Shown piece after piece: positions 10,567 to 21,159 of a DNA stretch of 64,000 nt. A program made the position numbers and the translations under genes. Below the pieces are notes generated by a model. That model saw only the letters and a list, made by a program, of their open reading frames with translations, ran no database searches and had not been told where the DNA came from. The stretch is from an uncultured Chloroflexia bacterium (GTDB taxonomy: Bacteria; Chloroflexota; Limnocylindria; Limnocylindrales; CSP1-4): contig CAVXEB010000004.1 of the NCBI GenBank assembly GCA_963760735.1, positions 519,995-583,994 on the forward strand, given 5' to 3'. Positions within the stretch are counted from its first letter, which is position 1, and each line of letters opens with the position of its first letter.

Positions 10567-10960
10567 TCAGGTGGGCGCAGTCCGGCGCAGGCGCTCGAGC
10601 TCGCGTCGGAGACGCTTGCTGGGCCGGCCCTCCCCACGTACGGGCGAGATCGCAGGCCCCGTCTGCCGCACCACCGGCGGGCTGTGGTCCACGTAGCAGG
10701 TCGCGGCGACGGCGGCCCCGACACGCGACTCGATCGGCCGAACGACATCCACGAGACGCACGCGATCGGCGATGAACGCCTCCACTCGATCGCCTGCCCG
10801 AACCTTCGTCGACGGCTTCGCCGGTAATCCATTCACGCTGACGTGACCGCCATCGCACAATCGGGTCGCGATCGGGCGGGTCTTCGCGAGGCGCACCGCG
10901 CACAGCCAGCGATCGATGCGAACCTCGTCGCCAGCACGGGGATCGGTCACGCCTTCTAGG
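10567..10960 (-). CDS. S4 RNA-binding domain protein, Hsp15-like
   Basis: VRIDRWLCAVRLAKTRPIATRLCDGGHVSVNGLPAKPSTKVRAGDRV (S4 fold) followed by a basic RP..KR.RR tail; start codon uncertain. Confidence 0.45.
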
Positions 10961-11074
10961 ATCGCACGGGCCGAGAAGGCGCCGCAGCGCCCGCCACGGC
11001 GGGTGGTTTGCGTCGCGCAAGCCATCGGTGCCCGGCCAGGTCTCTCCCCAGTCGGAGCATGGGGCGGCCAGCCA

Positions 11075-13408
11075 TCAACCGTCGCGTCGAACCCGAGCTT
11101 CATTCCCCTGCAGTGGCGCAACCTTCGGAAGGAACGGCTCGAGGAGTCCGGCTTCGACGGCCTGGTCCACGGCGTCGCCGCGGGTCGCGGCGCCCAGCTT
11201 TCCGTAGATGGCGAGCACCTGCGACTTCACCGTCGTCTCTTTGACGCCGAGTCGCTGGCCGATCTCCTTGAAGGAGAGGTAGTAGGGCAGGAACGACAGC
11301 ACCCGGAGCTCCGCGACCGTGAGGCTCGTGGCACCCCTGCCCCTCCCGGGTGCCAGGGGGGCTACGGTCGCCCCGAGCGACCTCACATCGGCTGGCAGGA
11401 CGCCAAGGTCCGGGCGATCGCGGATCACGCCACTCGCCTGCGCGATCAACGCGCGCGCGCCAGTCGGGTCGTCGACCGCGAGGTGGGCGTGGGCGAGCGC
11501 GACGAGGAATTGGACGGCCCCTGCCGGGGCCGCGGCGGTCAGGAGGGGTCGCAGGCTCGTCGCGCGAGCGAGCTCGCGACGCGCCCCGGCGATGTCACCG
11601 CGGTGGATCATCAGCCTGATGCGGACGGTGCGGGACGGAACGCTCGAAAGGTAGCCGTCGATCGGGGGTGGCGGGTCGATGGCTTCGCTGTCCGCGATCA
11701 GGGCCGCGGCGACAGCCCAGTCGCCTCGTTCGACGGCCACGAGCGCGCGGTGTCCGAGCACGCAGTACAGGATCGCGAAGTGGGCCGACGATCGCGCAGC
11801 GGCGACGGCGTCGACCAACGCGGTGTCCGCGCCCGATTGATCACCGAGCGTGAGGCGCGCGAAGGCCAGCTGCCATAGCGCGAAGTCCCGCCAGGAGCCA
11901 GTCTCCCCTTCAAGCTCCACCGCTCGAGTGGCGTTCGCAAGGGCGTCGTCGGCCCCGTCGCGAGCCATGCCGGCTCGGAGCATTGCCCGCCCGGCCTCGA
12001 ATGAGGCGGTGCCGTCGGGCGGCCGGCCCTCGAACGTGCCGCGCTCGGCGATATCCGCGAACCGGATCGTCCCCGCGACATCGCCAGCGGCGATCTCCTC
12101 CCAGGCTGCCAGCACGGCCAGCCAGGGGCGTACCTCGAGCGCGCCGACACCCAGGCGCCTGGCCCAGGCTCGAATCGTCGACCGATAGCCGGACCAGTGA
12201 AATTGGACGAAGCCGTTGCCCACCAGCACGGCGGCGAGGTCCGTGTCGCCAGCCGCGAAGGCGTGATCGATGGCGCGATCGACGATCTGATTCGCCTGGT
12301 ACCACGCTGCGGCTCGCCGATGGAGGGTGGGCACCAGGTCGGGCTCGCGGACCGCGAGCTCCCTTTGGAGGAAGTCGCGCAGGAGCGCATGGTAGCGGTA
12401 TGACCCGCCATAGTCGTCCATCAGCAGCGTCGAGCCTGCCAGGCGCAGCAGGACATCGGTCGAACCTTGTCGATCCGCCACTACGTCGCACAGGGGCGCG
12501 GGCAGTTGGTCGAGGATCGAGGTCCGGGTCAGGAACGTGATCTCGGCCGCGGAGCGTCGCTCGAGCAACTCCGATCGCAGGTAGTCGTCAACGAGGTGGT
12601 CGGTGCCCGCGTCGAGACCCCCTGGATCCGCACTCGCTCCGAGCATCGCCAGCGCGAGCAACGCCGGCCATCCCTCCGTCTCGCGGGTCAGGCGCGCTGC
12701 GGCGTCCACCGGCAGCCGCAGGCCGAGTTCGCGGCCCAGCCCGACGGCCTCGCGCTCGTCCATTGCCAGCTCAAGGGGACCGATCTCGAGCACCGAACCG
12801 GCGGCGCGCCAGCGGGCCAACGGAAGCCGCGTCCGGTCGCGTCCCGCGATCGCCACCTGCGACCGTTCCGGCAGGTGCTCGATCAACTCCGCAAGGATGT
12901 CGAGACACGCCCGTGAGGTGATCTGGTGCCCGTCGTCGATGGCGATCCGGAGCCGTTCCGGGGGAAGGGAGATCGCTGCGAGCAATCGCCCGACGACCGT
13001 CCGGTGCGACATCGTGGCTGATGCGATCGCCGTGAACAGCTCCGCGCCCACCGGCTCGAGGCGATCGATCGCCAGCGCGAGGTCATTGAGGAATACGACC
13101 GGGTCGTTGTCGCTGCGGTCGGCCGTCAGCCAGGCAACAGGCCGCGAATCTTCGGTCGCCCACTGGACGAGGAGGCTCGTCTTGCCGTAACCCGGCGGTG
13201 CCACGATCGAGATCGCGGGTCGGTTCCGATCCGACCGCAGATGGCGCAGCAACCTCGTGCGGCGTAGCGTCCCCACGTGCCTGCGTGGCAGGACGAACCT
13301 GGCCTCGAGGAGCGGACCTGGGCGGCCTTCATCTCGGGCGAGGTTTCCACCTTTGATCTCGACAGCCGAGGCGGAGGCAGGTGCGGAGGCAGATGCGGAG
13401 GTGGGCAT
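11075..13408 (-). CDS. LAL/MalT-type LuxR-family regulator (AAA/NB-ARC ATPase + TPR + C-terminal LuxR HTH)
   Basis: IVAPPGYGKTSLL (Walker A) ... C-terminal LTVAELRVLSFLPYYLSFKEIGQRLGVKETTVKSQVLAIYGKLG. Confidence 0.75.
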   Translation of the reverse strand: MPTSASASAPASASAVEIKGGNLARDEGRPGPLLEARFVLPRRHVGTLRRTRLLRHLRSDRNRPAISIVAPPGYGKTSLLVQWATEDSRPVAWLTADRSDNDPVVFLNDLALAIDRLEPVGAELFTAIASATMSHRTVVGRLLAAISLPPERLRIAIDDGHQITSRACLDILAELIEHLPERSQVAIAGRDRTRLPLARWRAAGSVLEIGPLELAMDEREAVGLGRELGLRLPVDAAARLTRETEGWPALLALAMLGASADPGGLDAGTDHLVDDYLRSELLERRSAAEITFLTRTSILDQLPAPLCDVVADRQGSTDVLLRLAGSTLLMDDYGGSYRYHALLRDFLQRELAVREPDLVPTLHRRAAAWYQANQIVDRAIDHAFAAGDTDLAAVLVGNGFVQFHWSGYRSTIRAWARRLGVGALEVRPWLAVLAAWEEIAAGDVAGTIRFADIAERGTFEGRPPDGTASFEAGRAMLRAGMARDGADDALANATRAVELEGETGSWRDFALWQLAFARLTLGDQSGADTALVDAVAAARSSAHFAILYCVLGHRALVAVERGDWAVAAALIADSEAIDPPPPIDGYLSSVPSRTVRIRLMIHRGDIAGARRELARATSLRPLLTAAAPAGAVQFLVALAHAHLAVDDPTGARALIAQASGVIRDRPDLGVLPADVRSLGATVAPLAPGRGRGATSLTVAELRVLSFLPYYLSFKEIGQRLGVKETTVKSQVLAIYGKLGAATRGDAVDQAVEAGLLEPFLPKVAPLQGNEARVRRDG

Positions 13409-13733
13409 GCGGACTACCGGCTGGCGGCGCGGCCCCAGTGACCGAGCCCGCCCGTCAAGGCTGGCATCCTAGCGGGACAACCACACCCGGTCCAATGGCG
13501 TCGCCGGTCACCGCGCCGGACGATGTCGTGACCGGCCCTGGTGACCGTTCTTCCTCCGACGGGGAGGATGCGGCCAGCTGGCGTGCCACCTAGCGTGCTG
13601 GTGATCTCTACCAAGCCGTCGGCCGACGTCAGGCGCACCGCAGAACGACGGAACCAGTCGGCGAACACAGGATTGGGTGGTCTGCTGCGTGCGCCGATCC
13701 CGATCGAACGGCGCCAAGCAGAGGAAATTCCCC

Positions 13734-14270
13734 ATGCGCAATCGCATTCACCTTCTTGCCCCAGTGCTCGTCTTGAGCGTTGTCGTCGCAGCGTGCGGTG
13801 CTGCTTCATCGCCGACCCCAGGAACGTCAACAACGCCGGCCACGCCGGCCACGCCGGTCGCGTCGTTGGTGCCCAGCGCTTCAAGCGCGTCCGCGACGCC
13901 GGAGTCATCGTCGGTGCCCACGTCTTCGGGCGCGTCCGCCATCTGCGCCGACGTGGCCCGTCTCCGCACCTCCCTGACGGCGCTCACCAATCTCCAGCTC
14001 GCCAGCGTCGGCGTGAGCGGCGTTACCGTGGCACTGACCGACGTCCAGTCGGCCGCTCAGGCCCTCGCCGTGTCGGGCCACGATCTCGTCGGCCTGCCGG
14101 TCAGCAATCTGCTCGCCTCCGTCCAGGCGCTCCAGACCACTCTCACCGGGCTCGGCACTCAGCCGAGCCTTGGCGCTGCGCTCGTCGCCGTCAAGGCGGC
14201 GATCGAGCAGATCAAGGCGTCAGCCGCCGATGTCGAGTCCGCGCTCGGGAATGCCTGCCCGGCCGATTAG
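13734..14270 (+). CDS. Secreted lipoprotein, hypothetical
   Basis: MRNRIHLLAPVLVLSVVVAACG lipobox; AGGAAA RBS 8 nt upstream of the ATG; Ser/Thr/Pro-rich linker. Confidence 0.5.
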   Translation: MRNRIHLLAPVLVLSVVVAACGAASSPTPGTSTTPATPATPVASLVPSASSASATPESSSVPTSSGASAICADVARLRTSLTALTNLQLASVGVSGVTVALTDVQSAAQALAVSGHDLVGLPVSNLLASVQALQTTLTGLGTQPSLGAALVAVKAAIEQIKASAADVESALGNACPAD

Positions 14271-14499
14271 TGACGCGCTCTCGCGCGCAGCTTCCGATGA
14301 AGAGTCCGCATTCGCCGCGATTCAACGAGCGACGGCCCTGTCGCTTGAGCATCGGCAAGATGAGTCGATCCGTTTGCCGCGGGTCGACCGCCTTCCGTCA
14401 CTCCGTCGACTCCTCTCGCCCGAAGGACGTGTCTCTCGCCGCCGAGGGTTCCTGAACGCGGGTGAGCGGCCTGGACGCGGCTCGAGTTGCAGCGCGGGG

Positions 14500-15801
14500 T
14501 TACGACCCCTTCCCGCGGCCGCCGACCGCCGCTCGCTCCGGCGTCCCGAGCCGATGACGGAGCTGCGGCTCGTCGGCCTCCCCGAGCTCCCACGTGCCGG
14601 TGGGCGCCATGGCCACTCGCCGACCGTACAGCGCGCCGATCGGGCCCGCGCTCAGCCCGTGGAGGAAGATGGACATGAGCACCGTCCAGGTCACCACATG
14701 GCTGAGCGTGAGACTGGCCGGATGAGCCGGACCCATCTGGTCGAAGGCAACAAGCAGGAAGACCACCGATGCGAGACCGCGCGGCCCAAACCAGCCGATC
14801 AGCGCGACCGTGTCAGCGCGAAGCGGGAAGCTCACCATCGATAGTGCCACCGGACCCATCCGGACGATCGTGAGGCTCAGGACCGCGTAGACGAGGACAG
14901 CCGGGTCAACGCCTGCCGCGAGCACCGGACCAACCAAGCCGATGCCGAAGATGAGCCACACCAGGTAGGACCCCGCGACCCCGATCCAGTCGGCGAACTC
15001 GACGGATGGCTCGGCGGCCGCCGTCGCGGTCCGGTAGAAGACCCCAGCCGCGAACGCGGCAACGAACCCGTTGCCTCCGATCGTCGTTGCGCCCGCATAG
15101 GCGAGGACCGATAGGGACACCACGGCGAGTGATTCGGACGCCGGCGAAGCCCAGCCACGGCGACGAGCCTGAGCGATGACCTGGCCGCCGAATCCGCCGG
15201 TCACGATCGCGACCACGATCGCCAGTGCGATCTCGAGGGTGGCGTCGATGAGCCAGTGCTGACTCGCGGAAGCCTGCTCGGCGACCACGACCGCCAGGAA
15301 CAAGGTGACGAACGGCGTCGCGATGCCGTCGTTCAACCCGCTCTCGATGTTGATGGCCCGCCGGACCCGGACCGGGATCGCCCGATCCACGAGCAGGGGC
15401 AGGCTGAGCGCCGCGTCAGTCGGCGCCAGGATTGAGCCCATCAAGAGGGCGAATGCCAGGCCGAGCGCCGGGAACAGGAGCCAGGCGATCAACGCCCCGG
15501 CGCCGATCGTCAGAGGCAGCCCGATCGCGAGGAGCCGCGCCGGGACCCAGGCGATGCTGCCAGCCTGCTTGAGGCCGATGGACGAGGCATCCGAGAACAG
15601 CAGCAGGGCCAGCGTCAACTCGGCAAGCAGCTGGACGGACTCCGAAGTCAGCGGGGCCGCAAACGCTCCGACCCCTGACGGCCCGAGGACCGCGCCGATC
15701 GTCACAAGGATCATCGGGCCGCTGACCGACAGCCGGTCGAGCCGGGCCGCGAGGAGGGTGTAGCCAAGGATCACGAGCGCGGCGATGGCGAGCTGCGGCA
15801 C
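14500..15801 (-). CDS. Na+/H+ antiporter, CPA1 (NhaP-type)
   Basis: ~12 TM segments; APTDAALSLPLL, ESGLNDGIATPF motifs typical of cation:proton antiporters. Confidence 0.7.
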   Translation of the reverse strand: MPQLAIAALVILGYTLLAARLDRLSVSGPMILVTIGAVLGPSGVGAFAAPLTSESVQLLAELTLALLLFSDASSIGLKQAGSIAWVPARLLAIGLPLTIGAGALIAWLLFPALGLAFALLMGSILAPTDAALSLPLLVDRAIPVRVRRAINIESGLNDGIATPFVTLFLAVVVAEQASASQHWLIDATLEIALAIVVAIVTGGFGGQVIAQARRRGWASPASESLAVVSLSVLAYAGATTIGGNGFVAAFAAGVFYRTATAAAEPSVEFADWIGVAGSYLVWLIFGIGLVGPVLAAGVDPAVLVYAVLSLTIVRMGPVALSMVSFPLRADTVALIGWFGPRGLASVVFLLVAFDQMGPAHPASLTLSHVVTWTVLMSIFLHGLSAGPIGALYGRRVAMAPTGTWELGEADEPQLRHRLGTPERAAVGGRGKGS

Positions 15802-15977
15802 GGGTCCTCCTCGGTGTACTCGCGATCGTCAGCTCCCGGGGGTGGTCAAGGCAATCCGTCCTGCCACGATCTGACCTCGTCCGGTGCGACCCCCGGAGCG
15901 CACCGATTCGACTCGAACGTGTCTCGCAGCCGGCTTCCCTGCTCCCACCTGATGGTGTCGCCAGCCGGCGGCGCGAT

Positions 15978-16343
15978 TCAGCTCGCGATCGTCTTGGCCT
16001 TGAGCTGGTCGTACTCGGCCTGGGTGATCGTGCCGGCATCCTTGAGCTGCTGCAGCTTGGCCAGTTCGTCCGCGGTGGACACGCCGGCGACCGCCTTGTT
16101 CGCCGCGTCCGCCTGGGCCATCATCTGCACGTCGCCGGGCGTGACCTTGGGTCGGGCGATGATGTAGATCAGGCACCCAAGGAACGGCAGGATGAAGATC
16201 AGCAAGATCCAGCCGGCCTTCGCGCCGCCGTGGATGTCCGTCCGGCGGAAGATGTCCGAGAAGATCGCGATGAAGACCCAGATCGCGAGGATCAGGAAGA
16301 ACACCTCGATCGACCAGATCAGAAAATCGCCCAGGTTGTTCAT
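15978..16343 (-). CDS. Membrane protein with PLD-N-like TM region and C-terminal SHOCT domain
   Basis: ILPFLGCLIYIIARPK ... STADELAKLQQLKDAGTITQAEYDQLKAK (SHOCT). Confidence 0.6.
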   Translation of the reverse strand: MNNLGDFLIWSIEVFFLILAIWVFIAIFSDIFRRTDIHGGAKAGWILLIFILPFLGCLIYIIARPKVTPGDVQMMAQADAANKAVAGVSTADELAKLQQLKDAGTITQAEYDQLKAKTIAS

Positions 16344-16507
16344 GGGATTGCAGCTCCTATGTGCATGTCACCGACGTCACGTCGGTCTGATCCGCGGGCG
16401 CCCCCACGCTCATGGCTCGGAGGCGACCCGGGTCGTTTGGCACGATCCCCAGGTCGCCTCCATGGCTCGCTCAGGTCCCGGACGGGCCTCTCGCCGCCGG
16501 GGTGCCG

Positions 16508-17074
16508 TCAGCCGGCCGCCTTGTCGCCTCCGGCCTTGGCGGCCTGCTTGACCGCAGCAGCGGCCTCGTCGCTGACCGGAGCGGACTTGACTACCTTGGC
16601 GTCCGGGATCGTCGCCTCGACGGCGTCGACCGCCGTGATGGACACGAGGGCCACGATGCCCGACGTGCCCGGCGTGATGACTCCGGCGAGCTCGTCGGCC
16701 ACGTCGCTCTTCAGGAGCACATTGCCTGCCTTGCCAACCGCCGCCCCGGCGATGCCGACGCCGACGGCGCCCGCGATGATCGTGGGCGGGAAGATCAGGC
16801 CAATGACTGCGCCGCCCACGGCGCCCCACAGGAAGCCATTCCGCGTCTTGTGGTCGGTCATCTTCTGGATGTGGATCTTGCCCTGATAGTCCGCGTTGGC
16901 CACCAGGACGCCGTCGATGTCGACGGCCCGCTTGACCTCGGCGTCGACAAGCGCGTAGTAGGCCGCTTTGGCGGAGTCCATGTCGGCGAACTGCGCCACG
17001 ATGAGCGCCTGGTTGCCCTGGACGGCGATCCCGGCCACGGCTTCGACACCGAGGTCGTCACTGACCGTGGCCAC
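16508..17074 (-). CDS. DUF1269-family membrane/stress protein (paralogue 1)
   Basis: LIVAQFADMDSAKAAYYALVDAEV ... VANADYQGKIHIQKMTDHKTRNGFLWG ... TPGTSGIVALV; strongly similar to 18294-18929. Confidence 0.55.
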   Translation of the reverse strand: MATVSDDLGVEAVAGIAVQGNQALIVAQFADMDSAKAAYYALVDAEVKRAVDIDGVLVANADYQGKIHIQKMTDHKTRNGFLWGAVGGAVIGLIFPPTIIAGAVGVGIAGAAVGKAGNVLLKSDVADELAGVITPGTSGIVALVSITAVDAVEATIPDAKVVKSAPVSDEAAAAVKQAAKAGGDKAAG

Positions 17075-17211
17075 AGCCGCGTCGATCGGCTGATCCGGCG
17101 CTGCCGTCGTGTTCTTCGTCTCGCTCGGTCATGTCTGAGACCTCTCCATCATCCTGTGAGTGCCGTGTCGGGCACTCACAACTCGCGGTGGTCCCCCGGG
17201 TAGTCCCTCGC

Positions 17212-18246
17212 TCAGCTCACGCCGACTTCGACCCTCTCGGCGGCGAGCATCGACGCGAGAGCCTCGTCCGCGGCTTCCTGCTCGATCAAGTCGGCGGCGA
17301 CAAGCGCATCGACCGCCTCCTGGGCGGCCTCCCGCTCGACGAGGTCCGCCGCGATGAGCGCTCGAACGGCGCGAAGGGCGGCCGCGGCTTCGATCTCGTC
17401 GGCCGCGGCGACGGCCTCCTCTGCCTCTTCCGTCGCGGCCTCCTCGACCTCGAGCGAAGTCCGGACGACGTCCTCGGCCTCCTCCTTTGCCGCCTCCTCG
17501 ATGAGGTCGGCCGCGAAGAGCGTGTCGACGACGTCCTCGGCGGCGGCATCCTCGACCGCGAGCGCCGTGGCCACGACATCGGCCGCCTCGGCGATGGCAG
17601 CCTCCTCGATGAGCTCGGCCTCGACGAGCGTCTGGGCGATCTCGATCGCGGCAGCCAGCTTGATCTCCTCGGCCGCCTCGATGGCGTCCTCGGCTTCCAT
17701 CTTGACCCGCAGTTCGTCGCCCACGATGGCGAGGGCGTCGGGCGCGATCATCGCCTGCATGAGTGTCCGGCCGCCGGCATCCACGATCGCATCGCGGAGG
17801 CTCGCCGCCCAGTGGTGCTCGATGACGAGGATCGCCGCGGCGCTGCCGGCGGGGATCGACCCGGCGAGCTCCTGCATCCGGTCGCCCGAGAGGCCGGCGT
17901 CTCGCTCGGCAACGGCGAGTGCGCCGAGCTCCGCACCTTCGACCATGCCCTCGGCGCCACCCGCGTGGAGCCCGATGAGTCCACCGGCGATCGCGCCGAG
18001 ACGCATCCGCTCGGTCTCGGACAGGTCGGTCAGGTGCATCGAGTTCTCGATGCCGCCCTGGCGATCCTTCTGGACGAAGATGACGTCGACGAGGCGGATC
18101 ACGCCGCGCTTCCGCGCGCGGCGCAGCTCGGCCATGATCCGGCCGGTCGCCTCGAACTTGTCGAACCCGATCACGAAGACCTGGATCGGGCCGGTCACGT
18201 GCTTGTCAGTCATGTCGCTCTTGTCTCCTTCGACCATGTTCTGCAT
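17212..18246 (-). CDS. DUF1269-like N-terminal domain protein with ~150-aa Ala/Glu-rich imperfect-repeat C-terminus
   Basis: Start MQNMVEGDK at 18246; IQVFVIGFDKFEATGRIMAELRRARKRGVIRLVDVIFVQKD ... GGLIG; tail AEDAIEAAEEIKLAAAIE ... ADLIEEAAKEEAEDVV repeats. Confidence 0.5.
   Translation of the reverse strand: MQNMVEGDKSDMTDKHVTGPIQVFVIGFDKFEATGRIMAELRRARKRGVIRLVDVIFVQKDRQGGIENSMHLTDLSETERMRLGAIAGGLIGLHAGGAEGMVEGAELGALAVAERDAGLSGDRMQELAGSIPAGSAAAILVIEHHWAASLRDAIVDAGGRTLMQAMIAPDALAIVGDELRVKMEAEDAIEAAEEIKLAAAIEIAQTLVEAELIEEAAIAEAADVVATALAVEDAAAEDVVDTLFAADLIEEAAKEEAEDVVRTSLEVEEAATEEAEEAVAAADEIEAAAALRAVRALIAADLVEREAAQEAVDALVAADLIEQEAADEALASMLAAERVEVGVS
17250..17700. repeat. Imperfect in-frame tandem repeats encoding the Ala/Glu-rich tail of the 17212-18246 gene
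   Basis: Recurring gcggcctcctcg/gacgacgtcctcggc units visible on the + strand. Confidence 0.4.
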
Positions 18247-18293
18247 TGTCCGGCGCCGATCGCGTCGTCGGACCTGGACGTCGCGTTGCCGGT

Positions 18294-18929
18294 TCAGGCC
18301 GGCGTGGCGGGCACGGCCTGCGCCGCTGCAGCGCTTGCGGCCGCCTTGATCGCCCCGGCGGTGTCGTCGTCGACCGGGACCGTCTTGACTTGTTCCGCCG
18401 CCGGCATCTTCTGGGCGACGGCATCCGCGTCCATCGCGGAGACCAATGCCAGGATGCCCGAGGTGCCCGGCGTGATGACGCCGGCGAGCTCCTTCTCGAC
18501 CTCGGCGCGGTGGTGGAGATTGCGTGCCTTGCCGGCCGCCGCGCCTGCGACGCCGAGCGCAACGGCACCCGCCACGATCGTGGCGGGCAGGAAGACCGCC
18601 GCAACAACACCCCCGACGATGCCCCACTTGAGACCCGTGCGCGTGCTGTGGTCGGTCATCTTCTGGACGTGGAGCTTGCCGGACGAGTCGGCGTTGACGA
18701 CCAGGACACCGTCAATCTGCAGGAGACCCGCGACCTCGGCGTCGATGAGATCGTCATAGGTGCTCATCGCGAGGGTCGGGTCCGCGAAGCGGGCGACCAT
18801 GAGCGCGTCGGTCCCTTGGGCCGCGACGGCGCCCTCAGCGAGCACACCCTGGTCGTCCGCGACTTGGCCCGCGACGACGACGGCGTCATCGCTCGGCGTC
18901 GTCTCGGGTGTTGTCCGTTGTTCTGTCAC
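18294..18929 (-). CDS. DUF1269-family membrane/stress protein (paralogue 2)
   Basis: GTG start with GGAGCGAGG RBS; LMVARFADPTLAMSTYDDLIDAEV ... SSGKLHVQKMTDHSTRTGLKWG ... TPGTSGILALV. Confidence 0.55.
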   Translation of the reverse strand: MTEQRTTPETTPSDDAVVVAGQVADDQGVLAEGAVAAQGTDALMVARFADPTLAMSTYDDLIDAEVAGLLQIDGVLVVNADSSGKLHVQKMTDHSTRTGLKWGIVGGVVAAVFLPATIVAGAVALGVAGAAAGKARNLHHRAEVEKELAGVITPGTSGILALVSAMDADAVAQKMPAAEQVKTVPVDDDTAGAIKAAASAAAAQAVPATPA

Positions 18930-19348
18930 ATCGATACCTCGCTCCTGGCGGTCGACGCGAGCATGTCCCCTTCGGCAGACCGCGCCTCGTGCGCGGCACG
19001 ATCCGGTCTCGCTCGCCATCACGGTCCAGGCACCTCGACTGCATGTGGGACCACCTGGACGATCCCCACCGTAGGCCACGTCGCGGCCCGGCCGCATCCT
19101 CCGCGCCGGAGGAAGGCGATCCGGGGCGAGTGTCCATCGCCCTGGGACCTCGACCTGGGGCAATCCCAGGCATGCACCGGCCGAACAAACGCGGCCCGGT
19201 GGGTCCGCTCGGATGCCGCCTTGACGAAGCGGGCCGCGGATACTGGACATCGCCGCCAGCCGCGGAGGCCTGAACCCCAGCGAGGCTCTCGCGGCCCCGA
19301 CGGCAGTCAGCCCCGATGCCCTGATCGCGCCAGGAGTTCATCGCCGCC

Positions 19349-20929
19349 GTGCGCCGCCCCGGACTGCCCTCCTCCATCACCGGCCTGTTCACCGATCCGG
19401 TGGCACGAGGCGCGTTGCTCGTCGGCTCCGTCGCCCTCGTTGCCGCTGCGATGGATCCGCAGGTCTGGGCTCCCACGCAGCCGTCCGTCCAGGAGGCCGT
19501 CCGAGAGAACCCACAATTCGAGACCCTCGTCCTCCTGGCTTCGATCGGCGCGTCGGGACTGATCCTCCTCGGCGGCGCCGTGGGCGATTCGAGGCGAGCC
19601 AGGTCGGTCATCCTCGGCGGTCTAGTCGTGGAATTGCTCGCGACCTTCGTGAGCCTGATCGTGCCCGCCGGTCCGATCTTCGTGGTCGGGCGTCTCATCG
19701 GGCATGCCGGTGCCGCATTCGTCATTCCGGTGTCGATCGCCCTCGTCGCCACGAGCTACCAAGGTCCGGTGCGGGCAACCGCGATCGGCGTGGCCTATGG
19801 CGCGTACGGGGCAGGTGGCGCCGCCGCGTCGATCCTGCTTCGAGTGGTACCGGGAGAGCAATGGCCCGCGATGCTCGCCGCGATCGCCGCCTGCGCCCTG
19901 GCGCTCCGCCTTGCCTGGACGCGCACCCTTGAACTGCGTCGGCCATCCCAGGCGGAGCGTCCGCTCGTGGTCGAGGTTGCCGTCTCGGCGTTCGGGATCA
20001 TCGTCTTCACGGTGGGGCTGACCTGGATCGGCGGCGGCCTCGACAACCCGTTGCGCTGGGCGATGATCGTCGGCGGTCTCGCGCTCGTGATCGGCTACCA
20101 GGGCCTCAACCGCGCGCGGACGGCCGGCCCGGCCCGGATCATCCGGCGGCGCGTGACGGTCGCGCTGTTCGTCGGCGTCACGATCGCCGTCTCAGAGACG
20201 GCTGCGGTGCTCAACCTGCCGCTCTACTTCCATCTCGTCCTCCGCTACGAGCCGCGGCTGGCCGCCGTGGCCATCGCCCCCCTTGCGGGCGCCCTGCTGC
20301 TGGCCGGGCCCGTCGCCGGGGTCTTGCTCAAGCGGGTCCCGCCGCGCTGGCTCGTCGGCTTTGGCGTCATCCTCGTCGGGATCGGGAACCTGGTGCTTGC
20401 GGCCGTCGCGACGGAGTCCGCGTCGTATCTCGCCTTCATCCTCCCGTGCCTGCTTGTGGGCGCGGGGTTCGTCGTGGCGACGACCGTCCGCACGGCGATC
20501 ATCTTCGCCAGCGTTCCGGACGGGTTGCCGGCGTCGGCGGCGGCGCTGAACGAGTCGTCGATCTCGCTCGGGCGGCGGATCGGGATCGTGCTCGTCAGCG
20601 CCGTCGTCGCGAACGTGGCCATGACCACCTATACGGCCTCCGTCGCGGGGCTGCCGCCGGCCGATGCCACGGCGGCGATCAATGCCTTCCGATCCGTCCT
20701 CGTCGCCGTCGGCACGCCGTCGTTCGAACAGCTTGCGACCACCGTTACCCCCGCCGACATCCAGCCCTATCTCGACGCCTACGCGGCCGGCCTCAACGCA
20801 GCCTTCCTCCTGTGCGGAGCTGTTGGGGTCGTCGGAGGGACCGTCGCGCTGCTCGCATTCGGCCGCGCCGATCCGCTCAGGACGAAGTGGTCGTATCGGG
20901 GCGAACGCGCGTCGGCCGGGTCCACATGA
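19349..20929 (+). CDS. MFS transporter (14-TM, DHA2-like)
   Basis: GTG start with AGGAG upstream; polytopic hydrophobic profile, conserved Arg/Gly loops. Confidence 0.65.
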   Translation: MRRPGLPSSITGLFTDPVARGALLVGSVALVAAAMDPQVWAPTQPSVQEAVRENPQFETLVLLASIGASGLILLGGAVGDSRRARSVILGGLVVELLATFVSLIVPAGPIFVVGRLIGHAGAAFVIPVSIALVATSYQGPVRATAIGVAYGAYGAGGAAASILLRVVPGEQWPAMLAAIAACALALRLAWTRTLELRRPSQAERPLVVEVAVSAFGIIVFTVGLTWIGGGLDNPLRWAMIVGGLALVIGYQGLNRARTAGPARIIRRRVTVALFVGVTIAVSETAAVLNLPLYFHLVLRYEPRLAAVAIAPLAGALLLAGPVAGVLLKRVPPRWLVGFGVILVGIGNLVLAAVATESASYLAFILPCLLVGAGFVVATTVRTAIIFASVPDGLPASAAALNESSISLGRRIGIVLVSAVVANVAMTTYTASVAGLPPADATAAINAFRSVLVAVGTPSFEQLATTVTPADIQPYLDAYAAGLNAAFLLCGAVGVVGGTVALLAFGRADPLRTKWSYRGERASAGST

Positions 20930-21159
20930 TGGGCTCATCGTGGGCTTATCGGCTTCGGCGGACGTCCAACGGGGTTCCCAGCCCTAACGGGGGGGCCCTC
21001 CCCTCGTTTCCCTGAATAGAGGCTCTCGCGTCATCCGTGCGCTGTCCCCCCGGCGGTGTGCTCGATGGCGGGAGCCTCGCTCACTCGTCGACCGATCGGC
21101 TCCGGCGGTCGCCGCCGTCGCCCGACTGGCCCTTGGGACGAGACCAAGGTGGGGTTCCC

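Noticed and set aside
17131-18759. 542-aa plus-strand ORF across the DUF1269 cluster
   Set aside because: Antisense to three paralogous genes with clear domain signatures; D/E/R/L low-complexity mirror of the Ala/Glu repeat.
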